Source of the DNA: an uncultured delta proteobacterium
GTDB lineage: Bacteria > Desulfobacterota > Desulfobacteria > Desulfobacterales > Desulfatirhabdiaceae
Length of the DNA: 64,000 bases
Direction of reading: 5' to 3'
NCBI GenBank assembly: GCA_963789395.1
Contig: CAWBKP010000024.1
Span: forward strand, 64,001 to 128,000
Both the position numbers and the translations under genes were made by a program. Below are positions 1-10,019 of this stretch, one piece after another (within the stretch, counting starts at the first letter, position 1; each line of letters starts with the position of its first letter). The notes beneath the pieces are model-generated. The model saw only the letters and a program-made list of their open reading frames with translations. It searched no databases and was not told the origin of the DNA.

Positions 1-2
1 AC

Positions 3-1427
3 AGGGAGTTTAAACTCATCCATTACAACCGGGAATTTGCCGAGAAGTTCAATCCGAAATCCGGCGATTCCTGTTTCCAGGCCTATAAGGGGTTGGATAC
101 GCGATGCAGTTCCTGCCCGGTGGAAAAAACGATTCAGGATGGACTGTCCCATTATGGTGAAGAATCCCGGGTCAATGCCGACGGGTCGGTGACCCACTGG
201 GTGGCGAGAACCTCGCCGGTGAAAAATACCGAAGGAGAGATCGTGGCGGTCATGGAAGTCTGCCTGGATATTACGCGCAGAAAAGAGCTGGAAGTCAGTC
301 TGGTAAACTCGGAAAAGAAATATCATGCCATTTTCAACAACATCCCCAATCCCGTGTTTGTTCTGGATGTGAATACACTTGAAGTCTTGGACTGCAATCA
401 AAGTGTTTCTACGGTTTATGGTTATTCACCGGATGAATTGCTGCATCAGCCATTTTTGCAGATGTTCCGGGAAGAGGACATAGCGGTTCTGGACCGGAAA
501 TTAAAGACGGAAAGTGTTATTCATCGCATGAAACAGGTCAACAAATCCGGGGGAACGCTGTTTGTGGATATCTGGATTTCGCCCTCAGACCAGTTTTATT
601 TAAATTGGCCCGGGCGAAACGTGCTGCTGGTGACGACCAGCGATATCACCGAGCGCCTGGAAACCGAACAGCAGTTTATTCAGGCCAGTAAAATGGCGAC
701 CCTTGGGGAAATGGCTACCGGCGTTGCCCATGAACTGAACCAGCCGCTTTCGGTCATCAAGACGGCCAGCAGCTTTTTTATCCGGAAAATCACCCGGCTG
801 GAAAAGATCGATGAAGACATTCTGATCAACATGCTGGGCAAAATAGACAGCAATGTGGACCGGGCCAGCCGGATCATCAGCCACATGCGGCTGTTTGCCA
901 GAAAATCCGAGGGAAAGCTGGAAAATGTCCAGGTCAACGAGATCCTGGAAAAAGCATACGAAATCTTCAGCCAGCAACTGAAGGTTCGAGGCATCGATGT
1001 GCTGTGGCAAATTGAAAAGAATCTGCCGCCTGTTCTGGGTGATCCGGGGCGTTTGGAGCAGGTATGTATCAACCTGATCCTGAATGCCAGGGATGCTATT
1101 GAAGAAAGATGGGGGAATCAAGAACCCGAAGAGGGCGGTAAACGGATAACGCTGAAAACCTGGAAAACGGACAATACGGTTGGCATCGAAATTCAGGATA
1201 CCGGCAAGGGAATTCCCGATACGATTCTGGATAAAATATTCGAGCCGTTTTTTACCACAAAGGAAGTGGGGAAAGGAACCGGCCTGGGACTGTCTATCAG
1301 TTACGGCATTGTCAAGGAATGCGGGGGCGACATTCACGTCACGTCGGAAGAAGGCAAGGGCGCATGCTTTGTTATTCATTTTCCCATACAGGATAAAAAT
1401 GATGAAGAAGACCATTTTACTGGTTGA
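3..1427 (+). CDS. PAS-domain sensor histidine kinase (NtrB-like HisKA/HATPase), 5'-truncated by the window edge
   Basis: Frame is open from position 3. PAS/PAC repeats (DITRRK, DITERL), H-box AHELNQPL, N-box [10 protein letters not shown]-boxes [14 protein letters not shown] and GTGLGL. Confidence 0.92.
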   Translation, partial: REFKLIHYNREFAEKFNPKSGDSCFQAYKGLDTRCSSCPVEKTIQDGLSHYGEESRVNADGSVTHWVARTSPVKNTEGEIVAVMEVCLDITRRKELEVSLVNSEKKYHAIFNNIPNPVFVLDVNTLEVLDCNQSVSTVYGYSPDELLHQPFLQMFREEDIAVLDRKLKTESVIHRMKQVNKSGGTLFVDIWISPSDQFYLNWPGRNVLLVTTSDITERLETEQQFIQASKMATLGEMATGVAHELNQPLSVIKTASSFFIRKITRLEKIDEDILINMLGKIDSNVDRASRIISHMRLFARKSEGKLENVQVNEILEKAYEIFSQQLKVRGIDVLWQIEKNLPPVLGDPGRLEQVCINLILNARDAIEERWGNQEPEEGGKRITLKTWKTDNTVGIEIQDTGKGIPDTILDKIFEPFFTTKEVGKGTGLGLSISYGIVKECGGDIHVTSEEGKGACFVIHFPIQDKNDEEDHFTG

Positions 1428-2526
1428 CGACGAAGCGGATATCCGTGAAATTCTGTCACTTTTTCTACAGGATCTGGGATATGCAGTGGTTGCTGCGGAA
1501 AACGGCCTGGAAGCGCTCAAACTGTTTCGAGAGACCCTGCCGTTGCTGGTGATTTCAGACATCAAAATGCCGGGAATGGATGGCATTGAACTGCTTCGAA
1601 AAATCAAGCTGGAAAGCCCGGACACGGAATTTATCATGATCACCGGTCACGGTGATATGGAACTGGCCATTATCAGTTTTCAGGGACAGGCTGCGGATTT
1701 TATCACCAAGCCCATCAATGTGGATGTTCTGGAAATCGCCTTGAAAAAAGTCTGCGATAAAATCCGCTGCCGGAAGATGCTCCGGGAATACACGGAAAAT
1801 CTGGAAAAACTGATCCGCGAAAAAACCGAGTTGCAGAACCATCTGTCCTCTCTGGGGCTGATGATCGGTTCCATTTCCCATGGCCTCAAAGGGCTTCTGA
1901 CCGGCCTGGACGGGGGCATGTATCTGGTGGATTCCGGGTTTACCAAAGACAATCAGGAGCAGATTCAGGAGGGCTGGCAAATCGTCAAGCTCACCGTGGA
2001 TCGCATCCGGAAAATGGTTCTGGATATTCTCTATTATGCCAAGGAACGGGATTTGAAATGGGAGACCGTGGATATCCTCAGTTTTGCAGAAGACATTGCA
2101 ACCGGCATTCAGCCTAAAATGGACATTCAACAGATCACATTTATCAAAGACTTCGATCCATCTATCGGCGCCTTGGAAATCGATCCCGGCAGCATCCATT
2201 CGGCCCTGATCAATATCCTTGAAAACGCCATGGACGCCTGCATCCGGGATACGGCGGAAAAACAGAAACAGGTGACATTCGGGGTCAAACAGGATCCCGA
2301 TCACATTCTTTTTGAAATCACCGACACCGGCACGGGCATGGACCGGGAAACCCGCGAAAAACTTTTTACCCTGTTTTTTTCCTCAAAAGGCAGCAAGGGA
2401 ACAGGTCTGGGGCTGTTTATTTCCCAAAAAATCATCTCTCAGCACGGTGGATCCATCCATGTCGCCTCAGTTCCCGGTCACGGCTCTCAGTTCATCATCA
2501 AAATCCCCAAAACGATTCTGATGTAA
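1399..2526 (+). CDS. Hybrid response regulator / histidine kinase (REC-HisKA-HATPase)
   Basis: N-terminal receiver (LLVDDE, SDIKMPGMDG, ITGHG, KP), then SHGLKG H-box, NILENAMDA and GTGLGL. Overlaps the upstream kinase stop. Confidence 0.9.
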   Translation: MMKKTILLVDDEADIREILSLFLQDLGYAVVAAENGLEALKLFRETLPLLVISDIKMPGMDGIELLRKIKLESPDTEFIMITGHGDMELAIISFQGQAADFITKPINVDVLEIALKKVCDKIRCRKMLREYTENLEKLIREKTELQNHLSSLGLMIGSISHGLKGLLTGLDGGMYLVDSGFTKDNQEQIQEGWQIVKLTVDRIRKMVLDILYYAKERDLKWETVDILSFAEDIATGIQPKMDIQQITFIKDFDPSIGALEIDPGSIHSALINILENAMDACIRDTAEKQKQVTFGVKQDPDHILFEITDTGTGMDRETREKLFTLFFSSKGSKGTGLGLFISQKIISQHGGSIHVASVPGHGSQFIIKIPKTILM

Positions 2527-2532
2527 AATGCT

Positions 2533-4296
2533 TCAGCTGCCGAGTTTCTGCTTGATCGTTGTCCAGAGTTTTCGCCTTCGACTGTGTTCAAACTGCCATT
2601 GATCAAGGATATGCCGGTAGGCTTCAGGATTGAGCTCTTTGACAACAGCCAGCCAACTGACATGAAGGTTGTAATTGGAACCGATCACGACAATGGGGCT
2701 GGGAACCATTTTTGGCGCATATTTCACCCAGCATTCCATTACAACCGGAAGATGGTTTGATCCCATCATTTTATTAAGCCATTCCCGGCGGCAAATGTTG
2801 TGGGATTTGTCCCCGATGATACTGTCAGTGCATATCTGAACGACCTGGGGAAAACGGGTTTTGATATCGGTCAGTTCTGCCAGGTCCCGTGTCAGAACAA
2901 AAAAAGCCTGTTTCTGGTCCATGAATGCTTTGGAATTTGCTTGAATATACAGCAACCATTCCTGCAGTTTTGCTGAAAACCAGGGTTTCCCCTTGGCAGG
3001 GTCCAGTCCGGCTTCAATCAGCCAGTTTATCCAGCAATCTGTGAAGTTTTTCCCCCGTCCCGGTTTAAAGCCCAGGGCTACCGAAAGGATATGCTGCTGC
3101 CAGGCTGCCAGCAGGCTGGACACTGCAGGCAGACCGGTTTTTTGAACCAGTCCGGCCATGCTGTCCCAGTCAAAAGGGTTCTGGTACGTGAGCTGCTGAA
3201 ACCGAACCAACTGGTTGCGCTCGACCCAGCCAATTTTTTCTGTAGCAACAATCCAGTCCTTGAGAACGTCTGAAATCGCTTCATCCGGAAAGTGATGAAT
3301 GCCGCGTTTAACGATCGCAGCCAGAAGGTGGGTTTCCGGAGCCCAGGAAGCGATATCCCCTTCCTGATCAGCATAACGCGTTATAATGAGATGGCATATT
3401 TTTTCCGCCTCTTCCCATTGATTGTTTTTGAGCAGGTTTTTTAAAGGCGGAACACCATACAACCAGTTTTCATTCATGAGTTTTAGACAGCTATCGAGAT
3501 ATACCCGAGTGTCGAACCGCCTGGACAGATTCAGGTATATCTGATGCCAGAACGAATCCACATGGTTTAACCGGCTTTCCCACTCCGGGTCATTTTCTTG
3601 GCGTTTAATATCATCAAAAATCTGTTCCTGGTGATCCTCTGGAAGGGATTCAAAAAAATACATCACCCCCTGGCTGTTCAACTGAATGAATTTGAGGTGT
3701 TCTTCTAGAAGATTTAATCGGTTGATGAACTGCTCCGGGGTTGGGGATGTCATCCAGGTCCATTTCAGGATGCACTGGGTGGCGAATGTTCCGATCATGC
3801 ATCCGGTTTTATCAAGGTTCATCCAATCCGGATAATCCCTCATGTTTTTTTCAATCCCGATAATTGCATGCATGAAAATATCGGGGTCAGCCACATTGAG
3901 GGGGGATACCAGTTCAATCAGGGGAAGGAGATATCGGCAGACTTCTTCCAGGTCATCCGCAAACTGGGTATTGTTGAAAATCGGCGATTCCCAGGTGTGC
4001 TGACGCAATGCATATTCCCCATCTTCATCACCGATTTTTGCGGCAATACTGTTCCAGAGGTCCCAGAGACGTTGCCATTGTTGGATGATTTTTGCGTCTG
4101 GAGACAAGATTTTAGAGGGTTTAGCGCGCTTTGAGGTGACCAGCCCGGCAACGGTGTTTGCTGTTCCGCCATCCAGGCGGGACAGCAGCACGTCCAGATG
4201 ATCGGGATTGATGATGGAAAATGCAGCATCGAATACTTTGGCAAGCTCTTCATATGTTAATGCTTCAAGCAGTCGATATCCAATCTTTCTTTTCAT
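2533..4296 (-). CDS. Hypothetical helical protein, ~587 aa, Trp-rich
   Basis: Long uninterrupted ORF. Probable start MKRKIG, preceded by GGAG/AGGTG. No catalytic motif recognised. Confidence 0.75.
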   Translation of the reverse strand: MKRKIGYRLLEALTYEELAKVFDAAFSIINPDHLDVLLSRLDGGTANTVAGLVTSKRAKPSKILSPDAKIIQQWQRLWDLWNSIAAKIGDEDGEYALRQHTWESPIFNNTQFADDLEEVCRYLLPLIELVSPLNVADPDIFMHAIIGIEKNMRDYPDWMNLDKTGCMIGTFATQCILKWTWMTSPTPEQFINRLNLLEEHLKFIQLNSQGVMYFFESLPEDHQEQIFDDIKRQENDPEWESRLNHVDSFWHQIYLNLSRRFDTRVYLDSCLKLMNENWLYGVPPLKNLLKNNQWEEAEKICHLIITRYADQEGDIASWAPETHLLAAIVKRGIHHFPDEAISDVLKDWIVATEKIGWVERNQLVRFQQLTYQNPFDWDSMAGLVQKTGLPAVSSLLAAWQQHILSVALGFKPGRGKNFTDCWINWLIEAGLDPAKGKPWFSAKLQEWLLYIQANSKAFMDQKQAFFVLTRDLAELTDIKTRFPQVVQICTDSIIGDKSHNICRREWLNKMMGSNHLPVVMECWVKYAPKMVPSPIVVIGSNYNLHVSWLAVVKELNPEAYRHILDQWQFEHSRRRKLWTTIKQKLGS

Positions 4297-4402
4297 CACC
4301 TGTCTCCGGCAACCGATTCGCGGCCATACATGGATCAGCGGGCCGAACATGGCCGCTGAAATTGGAAAATTGAATCTGTTTGGGATTTCAGCATTCGTCT
4401 TT

Positions 4403-4429
4403 TGCCTGAACGGATAATCCGTTCAGGCA
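4403..4429. terminator. Perfect hairpin downstream of the dsrE-like gene (terminator or REP-like)
   Basis: TGCCTGAACGGAT-A-ATCCGTTCAGGCA, a 13-bp inverted repeat. No clear U-tract. Confidence 0.45.
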
Positions 4430-4433
4430 CTTA

Positions 4434-4793
4434 CTACAGACTGATGACCGCTCCATTGCAGGCGAGCTCGATCAGCTCGGCGCCGGTGGCCATTCTTGCT
4501 CCCTTGATCAGTTCCTGCGCACTGATTTTGCGGGATACCGCACAAGGCGTGCAGACCAGGATCGGTACATCATATTCCTGAAGGTAGGACAGATGATCAT
4601 CCGCGGAATCGCCGGTGGCTGCCCGCAAATAAGCAGTCATCCCTTCCTTGGCCAGATATACGCCTTCATCCAGCAGGAACACGGTCGTATTCTTTCCCTG
4701 TTTTTTGGCGGTGGCAGCCATGAAAAAAGCCCGGGTTGCCCGGTTGGGATTGTCTGTTCCGCATGAAAGTACCACTACAACATTGTCAGTCAT
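4434..4793 (-). CDS. DsrE/DsrF-like family protein
   Basis: VFLLDEGVYLA and ILVCTPCA motifs, ~119 aa, AGGAG RBS. Confidence 0.85.
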   Translation of the reverse strand: MTDNVVVVLSCGTDNPNRATRAFFMAATAKKQGKNTTVFLLDEGVYLAKEGMTAYLRAATGDSADDHLSYLQEYDVPILVCTPCAVSRKISAQELIKGARMATGAELIELACNGAVISL

Positions 4794-4964
4794 TCGCTTT
4801 CTCCTAGTTTGTGGGTTATCATCCAAACCGAGAGCATCCGGTCTGGCACTTAGAATGAAGATGTGATAAGATCCATCCTTATACCGATTCTATACCATTA
4901 AAAACAAGTCGAATCAATGGTTTTATCCATGATTCTGAGCAGATACTTTAAACTTTAGGCAAAC

Positions 4965-6074
4965 ATGATTCCCAAACCGATTTACACCCGACCCATCTGG
5001 CTGGACAGCGACAACCAAATCTTGAAGGTTATCGATCAGAGACTGCTGCCGCATACCGTTAGTGTCCTGAACCTGAAAACCGCCGACGATGTTATCCATG
5101 CGATTCGGGAAATGGCTGTCAGGGGAGCCCCGCTGATTGGCGTCACCGCAGCTTATGGTGTTTACCTTTCCGTTGTGAATTCGAAAAGCCAGGATGATCC
5201 GGATAATTTTCTGTTGCAGGACTGCAGCCGCATCAAATCCAGTCGCCCCACAGCCGTAAACCTTGTTTGGGCTGTGGATCGCATGCTGGATAAACTTTCT
5301 GGAATCTACACACTTTCCGCTAAAATCGAAGCTGCAAGAAAAGAAGCGGAATGCATTGCGGAGGCTGAAGTTGAAAACTGCCGCCGAATCGGCATTCACG
5401 GACTGCCGCTGCTTGAGAAAATTGCAGATACAAAGCCGGGAAAGCCCCTGAATATTCTGACGCACTGCAATGCCGGGTGGCTGGCATGCGTGGCGCATGG
5501 AACCGCTACGGCTCCGATTTATGCTGCGTTTGAAGCCGGCATGGATATTCATGTGTGGGTGGATGAGACCCGGCCGCTTAACCAGGGCGCCCGGCTGACT
5601 GCATGGGAACTGGGGCAGCGCGGGGTCAGCCATACGGTGATTACGGATAATGCCGGGGGACACCTCATGCAGCACGGTCTGGTGGATGTGGTGATTGTCG
5701 GGTCGGATCGGGCCACCCGGACAGGGGATATCGCCAACAAGATCGGAACCTATCTGAAGGCTCTGGCGGCAAAGGACAACGCTGTTCCGTTTTACGTGGC
5801 GCTTCCCTCCAGTACATTCGACTGGAACCTGACCGATGGGTTAATGGATATCCCCATTGAAGTCCGGGACCCGGATGAAGTCCGGTACGTTCAGGGGTTA
5901 TCCAGCGATACACTCTCCCGGATTCTTATCCCTCCCGTAAACAGTCCGGCCGCCAATTATGCCTTTGATGTGACGCCGTCAAGGCTCATTACCGGTCTGA
6001 TTACCCAAAGAGGTGTCTGCAGAGCAAACGAGGCCGATATTCTTAGGCTTTTTCCCGAACATTCTGGAAATTGA
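4965..6074 (+). CDS. mtnA: S-methyl-5-thioribose-1-phosphate isomerase
   Basis: Motifs VRGAPLIG, SRPTAVNL, THCNAGWLA, DETRPLNQGARLTAWEL, NKIGTY and FDVTP. Confidence 0.95.
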   Translation: MIPKPIYTRPIWLDSDNQILKVIDQRLLPHTVSVLNLKTADDVIHAIREMAVRGAPLIGVTAAYGVYLSVVNSKSQDDPDNFLLQDCSRIKSSRPTAVNLVWAVDRMLDKLSGIYTLSAKIEAARKEAECIAEAEVENCRRIGIHGLPLLEKIADTKPGKPLNILTHCNAGWLACVAHGTATAPIYAAFEAGMDIHVWVDETRPLNQGARLTAWELGQRGVSHTVITDNAGGHLMQHGLVDVVIVGSDRATRTGDIANKIGTYLKALAAKDNAVPFYVALPSSTFDWNLTDGLMDIPIEVRDPDEVRYVQGLSSDTLSRILIPPVNSPAANYAFDVTPSRLITGLITQRGVCRANEADILRLFPEHSGN

Positions 6075-6143
6075 GATGGATTTTTTGCCACGTCATCCGA
6101 AATAATCCTTGACATCTATTTGAAATAACCCTTAAATCGCCCC

Positions 6144-6629
6144 ATGTTGACAGATCTGGAAAAAAAAATCATTACAGCTGTTCAGGATGACATACCCATT
6201 ACACCACGTCCGTTTAAAGCTATTTCCGATAGCATCGGAATTTCTGAAGCTGTTTTTCTGAAAACGCTTCAGGAGCTGTGCGACCGGGGCGTTATCCGCA
6301 GACTGGGAGCGACTCTGCGCCATCAGAAATCCGGGTATGAGGCCAATGCCATGACCGCCTGGCAGGTGGAAGAAGATCGGGTGGAAGAAGTGGGACAAAA
6401 AATGGCCTTATTTCGTGAAGTCTCGCATTGCTACCGTCGAAATCCCAGCAGCCGATGGCCGTATAATCTCTACACGATGATTCATGCCCGTGATGAGAAT
6501 GCCTGTGTGGAAATCGCCCGCGGCATCTCCCGTGCCACCGCCGTCACGACCTATAAACTGCTTTTCAGCCGGAGGGAATTAAAGAAAACTTCCATGGAAT
6601 ATTTCCCGAACGGCGATGAAGAAGGATAA
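6144..6629 (+). CDS. ahbB: Siroheme decarboxylase beta subunit (AhbB/NirH-like, Lrp/AsnC fold)
   Basis: Motifs QDDIPITPRPF, IRRLGATLRHQKSG, NAMTAW, VSHCYRR and WPYNLYTMIH. Confidence 0.85.
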   Translation: MLTDLEKKIITAVQDDIPITPRPFKAISDSIGISEAVFLKTLQELCDRGVIRRLGATLRHQKSGYEANAMTAWQVEEDRVEEVGQKMALFREVSHCYRRNPSSRWPYNLYTMIHARDENACVEIARGISRATAVTTYKLLFSRRELKKTSMEYFPNGDEEG

Positions 6630-6661
6630 GTATATTTGCGGACCAATCGCATCTACCTGTT

Positions 6662-8026
6662 TTGACATCAGACGCCACTCCCCACATTCTTCTGGTTAAC
6701 CCCTGGATACACGATTTTGCAGCCTATGATTTCTGGGCCGCCCCCCTGGGGCTGTTGACGCTCGGCGCCATGCTGCGGGATCAAGGTGCCAGGATATCTT
6801 ACGTGGATTGTCTTGACCGATTCCACCCCCGGTTGCCGGATGTCGATCCCTGCGCCAGGTTCGGCAGGGGGCCGTATCTGAAAACGCGCATTGAAAAGCC
6901 TGTCGGAATGGCGGATATCCCGAGAAACTTTTGCCGGTACGGGATTTTGCCAGAATGGTTTGAAGCGGACCTAAAGGGCTTTCCCCGGCCGGACCTGGTG
7001 CTGGTTACTTCGATGATGACCTACTGGTATCCGGGGGTTCAGGAAGCCATTTCGATTCTCAAGACGGTATTTCCCGAAGTGCCGGTGATTCTGGGTGGAA
7101 TTTATGCCACGCTTTGTTACGAACATGCTGTCCGGTTTTCCGGAGCAGACCTTGTGATTGCCGGTCCGGGAGAAACCCAGCTTTTTGCAGCGGTAAAAAA
7201 ATTTACCGGATGGTCTGCTGCCGGCCCTGAAACCGATTCGGACATTTTAAACGTTTTACCGTTTCCTGCAGCGGATCTTCAGCGAAAAATTTCTTTTGTC
7301 GCCTTGATGACTTCAACCGGATGCCCGTTTTCCTGCGACTACTGCGCATCCGGATATCTGAACGCAATGCGGCGGCTTCGGTCCCCGGATCGGATCGTTG
7401 CAGAGATCCGGTTCTGGAATTCCCGCTACGGCATCCGGGATATGGTGTTTTATGATGATGCCCTGCTGGTGGATTCCGAGCGTCACGCCATCCCCCTGTT
7501 TGAGAACATCATCGCCTGCGGACTCGGTAATAAGGTTCGTTTTCATACGCCCAATGCCGTTCATATTCGGGAAATCACGCACGCAACCGCCCGGCTCATG
7601 GCTGAAGCTGGCTTTCAGACGCTCCGGCTCGGTCTTGAAACCGCGGCGGAAGATCGCAGGGATTTTGACCACAAAGTGACGCGAAAAGAATTTATTGCCG
7701 CTGTATCCTGTCTGAAATCCGCGGGATTTCGCGGCGACCAGATCGGCGCTTACCTGCTGACAGGCCTGCCGGGTCAGTCCTGGGATTCGGTTGCGGAATC
7801 CGTTGAAACGGTGCAAAAAGCCGGAATCACTCCGATTCCTGCTCATTTTTCGCCGATCCCCCACACGGCGCTATGGCCTGCGGCCGTTGCATCATCACGA
7901 TATGACCTGGAATCCGATCCGATCTTTACCAACAACGCGATTTTTCCCTGCCACAAAGAGCCATTTTCATGGGAGCCGCTGATCAGAATGAAAAACCTTA
8001 TCAATACGCCGGCTTTCCGTACATAA
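6662..8026 (+). CDS. Cobalamin-binding domain radical SAM protein
   Basis: N-terminal B12-binding-like region (PLGLL, GGIYAT, GPGE) followed by CPFSCDYC (CxxxCxxC). Confidence 0.85.
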   Translation: MTSDATPHILLVNPWIHDFAAYDFWAAPLGLLTLGAMLRDQGARISYVDCLDRFHPRLPDVDPCARFGRGPYLKTRIEKPVGMADIPRNFCRYGILPEWFEADLKGFPRPDLVLVTSMMTYWYPGVQEAISILKTVFPEVPVILGGIYATLCYEHAVRFSGADLVIAGPGETQLFAAVKKFTGWSAAGPETDSDILNVLPFPAADLQRKISFVALMTSTGCPFSCDYCASGYLNAMRRLRSPDRIVAEIRFWNSRYGIRDMVFYDDALLVDSERHAIPLFENIIACGLGNKVRFHTPNAVHIREITHATARLMAEAGFQTLRLGLETAAEDRRDFDHKVTRKEFIAAVSCLKSAGFRGDQIGAYLLTGLPGQSWDSVAESVETVQKAGITPIPAHFSPIPHTALWPAAVASSRYDLESDPIFTNNAIFPCHKEPFSWEPLIRMKNLINTPAFRT

Positions 8027-8232
8027 TAACAGAATTCATTTGACTTGTTTCTGACAATTTCATATTCAATCGAAGTTCCACCATCTCAAGCAATTGCATA
8101 TCTGGATGAACTTCGTTATAAAAACATCATCGGGATGGCATGCATGGAACAGCCGGAATACCATGGCAATTGTCGTTTGCGAGACCATCAACCCTTTTTC
8201 CACTTCTAAAGGAGGAAACCACAAAATTATAT

Positions 8233-9717
8233 ATGAGCTGTAAAATCATCATTAACGCCATTGATCCGGCGGAATGCCGGATCGCCAGAGTACAAGACAG
8301 CAAACTCGAAGAATTCTATGTAGAGACAGCTTCCCGGGAATTTACACAGGGAAACATTTACAAAGCCGTTATTACCCGCGTTGAGCCAAGTCTTCAGGCG
8401 GTTTTCGTGGATTATGGCGCGGAACGGCATGGATTCCTTCAAAAAAGTGAAATTCACAGCGACTATTTCCAAGATGTTTGCTCGGGAGACTATGCCATTC
8501 AAAATCTTGTCAAGCGCGGTCAGGAGCTTCTGGTTCAGGTGATCAAGGAGCCGTTCATGAAAAAAGGGGCCATGCTGACCACGTTTATCTCACTTGCCGG
8601 AAGGCATGTGGTGCTGATGCCCGGCAGTGAAAATCGCGGCATTTCCCGGAAAATTGAAGATGAAGAAGAGCGCAGACGACTGAAAGATATCATTACCGGC
8701 ATCAAGCTGCCGGAAGGGTATGGCATCATCGTCCGGACTGCCGGGATCGATTGCACCAAAACCGATATCACCAAGGACTTGAATTATTTGATGCGGCTCT
8801 GGAAAAATATCAAGGGCAACGTCATGAAGGAGAAGTCCCCGGCCCTTCTGTATAAGGAACGCAACCTGGTGCTGCGGTCCCTCAGGGATTATTTTACGCC
8901 GGACATCACGGAGATTCTTATCGACGAGCCCGGAGTCTATCGGGACGCCAAGGAATTCATCGAGATCATCTCTCCCAAACAAACCAAGATCGTCAAGCTT
9001 TACAAAGGTCCCAAACCCATTTTTACCAAATGCGAATTGGAAACCCAGATTGCATCGATTTTCGAAAGCCGGGTGAATCTGAAATCCGGCGGATCCATCG
9101 TCATCGACCAGACCGAAGCGCTGGTTGCTATTGACGTTAATTCCGGAAAGGCGACCCAGAACAAATCCATCGAGCAGACCGCGCTGGTGACCAATCTTGA
9201 GGCAGCCGAAGAAATTGCCAGGCAATTACGATTGCGGGATCTGGGGGGACTGCTTGTTCTGGATTTTATTGACATGCGGGATCAGAAACATAAGCTGGAT
9301 ATTGAAAAGGCCCTGAAAAACCATCTCAAACTCGATAAGGCCAAAACCAAACTCGGCAAAATATCCAAGTTCGGCCTCCTGGAGATGTCCCGCCAGCGCA
9401 TCCGCCCTTCCATCGAATTCGGCAGTCACGAACCCTGCCGGCACTGCAAGGGAAAAGGGGTAACGCCTTCTGCCGAGACCCTGGGACTGGGTTTTTTACG
9501 ACAGCTTAACCTTGAAACCCTAAAGGATGACATTATCGGAGTCAAGGGGATTGTCCCATCGGAAGTCGCCTTTTTTTTACTGAACCGCAAACGCCGGGAA
9601 ATTCTGTATCTGGAAGAAAGCAGAGGGTTTAAAGTCACCATTGAAGGAGATCCGCTCATGGTGCCCGGGGACAGCCGGATAGTCTGTGACAGAAAGGCGG
9701 CTCAGGAAGGCGTATAA
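8233..9717 (+). CDS. Rne/Rng family ribonuclease (catalytic domain only, ~494 aa)
   Basis: S1 domain GNIYKA..RVEPSLQAVFVDYG, plus IDVNSGK, LDFIDM, LEMSRQR and CxxCxGxG. AAGGAGG RBS. Confidence 0.93.
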   Translation: MSCKIIINAIDPAECRIARVQDSKLEEFYVETASREFTQGNIYKAVITRVEPSLQAVFVDYGAERHGFLQKSEIHSDYFQDVCSGDYAIQNLVKRGQELLVQVIKEPFMKKGAMLTTFISLAGRHVVLMPGSENRGISRKIEDEEERRRLKDIITGIKLPEGYGIIVRTAGIDCTKTDITKDLNYLMRLWKNIKGNVMKEKSPALLYKERNLVLRSLRDYFTPDITEILIDEPGVYRDAKEFIEIISPKQTKIVKLYKGPKPIFTKCELETQIASIFESRVNLKSGGSIVIDQTEALVAIDVNSGKATQNKSIEQTALVTNLEAAEEIARQLRLRDLGGLLVLDFIDMRDQKHKLDIEKALKNHLKLDKAKTKLGKISKFGLLEMSRQRIRPSIEFGSHEPCRHCKGKGVTPSAETLGLGFLRQLNLETLKDDIIGVKGIVPSEVAFFLLNRKRREILYLEESRGFKVTIEGDPLMVPGDSRIVCDRKAAQEGV

Positions 9718-10019
9718 CCGGGAAAGGAAAGGATAATGATGGATAGGAAACCAAAGCCCGGCCGAAGAATCTCCGTCTATTGATTGCAGCCAGATAGATA
9801 AAACCCCCGAGCTTCAGGCCCTCATGAAAAGCCGAAAATCGGCGTTCAGAGTGGATTCCGGCGTGGTCATGATTGTCCGACCCTTGACCTGTTCAGCCGG
9901 ATCGATTACCGGCAGGTCGATGATATCCGCCTTGACGGGAAAAATCTCTGGATAGCTGCTGAACAATGATTTAGGTGTTATCACTGTAATGCCGCGGACG
10001 ATATGTAATAGGAAATGAT

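Noticed and set aside
600..1643. Long antisense ORFs, e.g. 600-1643, 12060-13136, 25523-26476, 51133-52071 and 55174-56124
   Set aside because: They mirror well-supported genes on the other strand and carry no recognisable motifs, so they are shadow ORFs.
9720..10010. Small gene between the RNase E/G gene and purB
   Set aside because: Only short frames without convincing RBS-start pairs or recognisable motifs.
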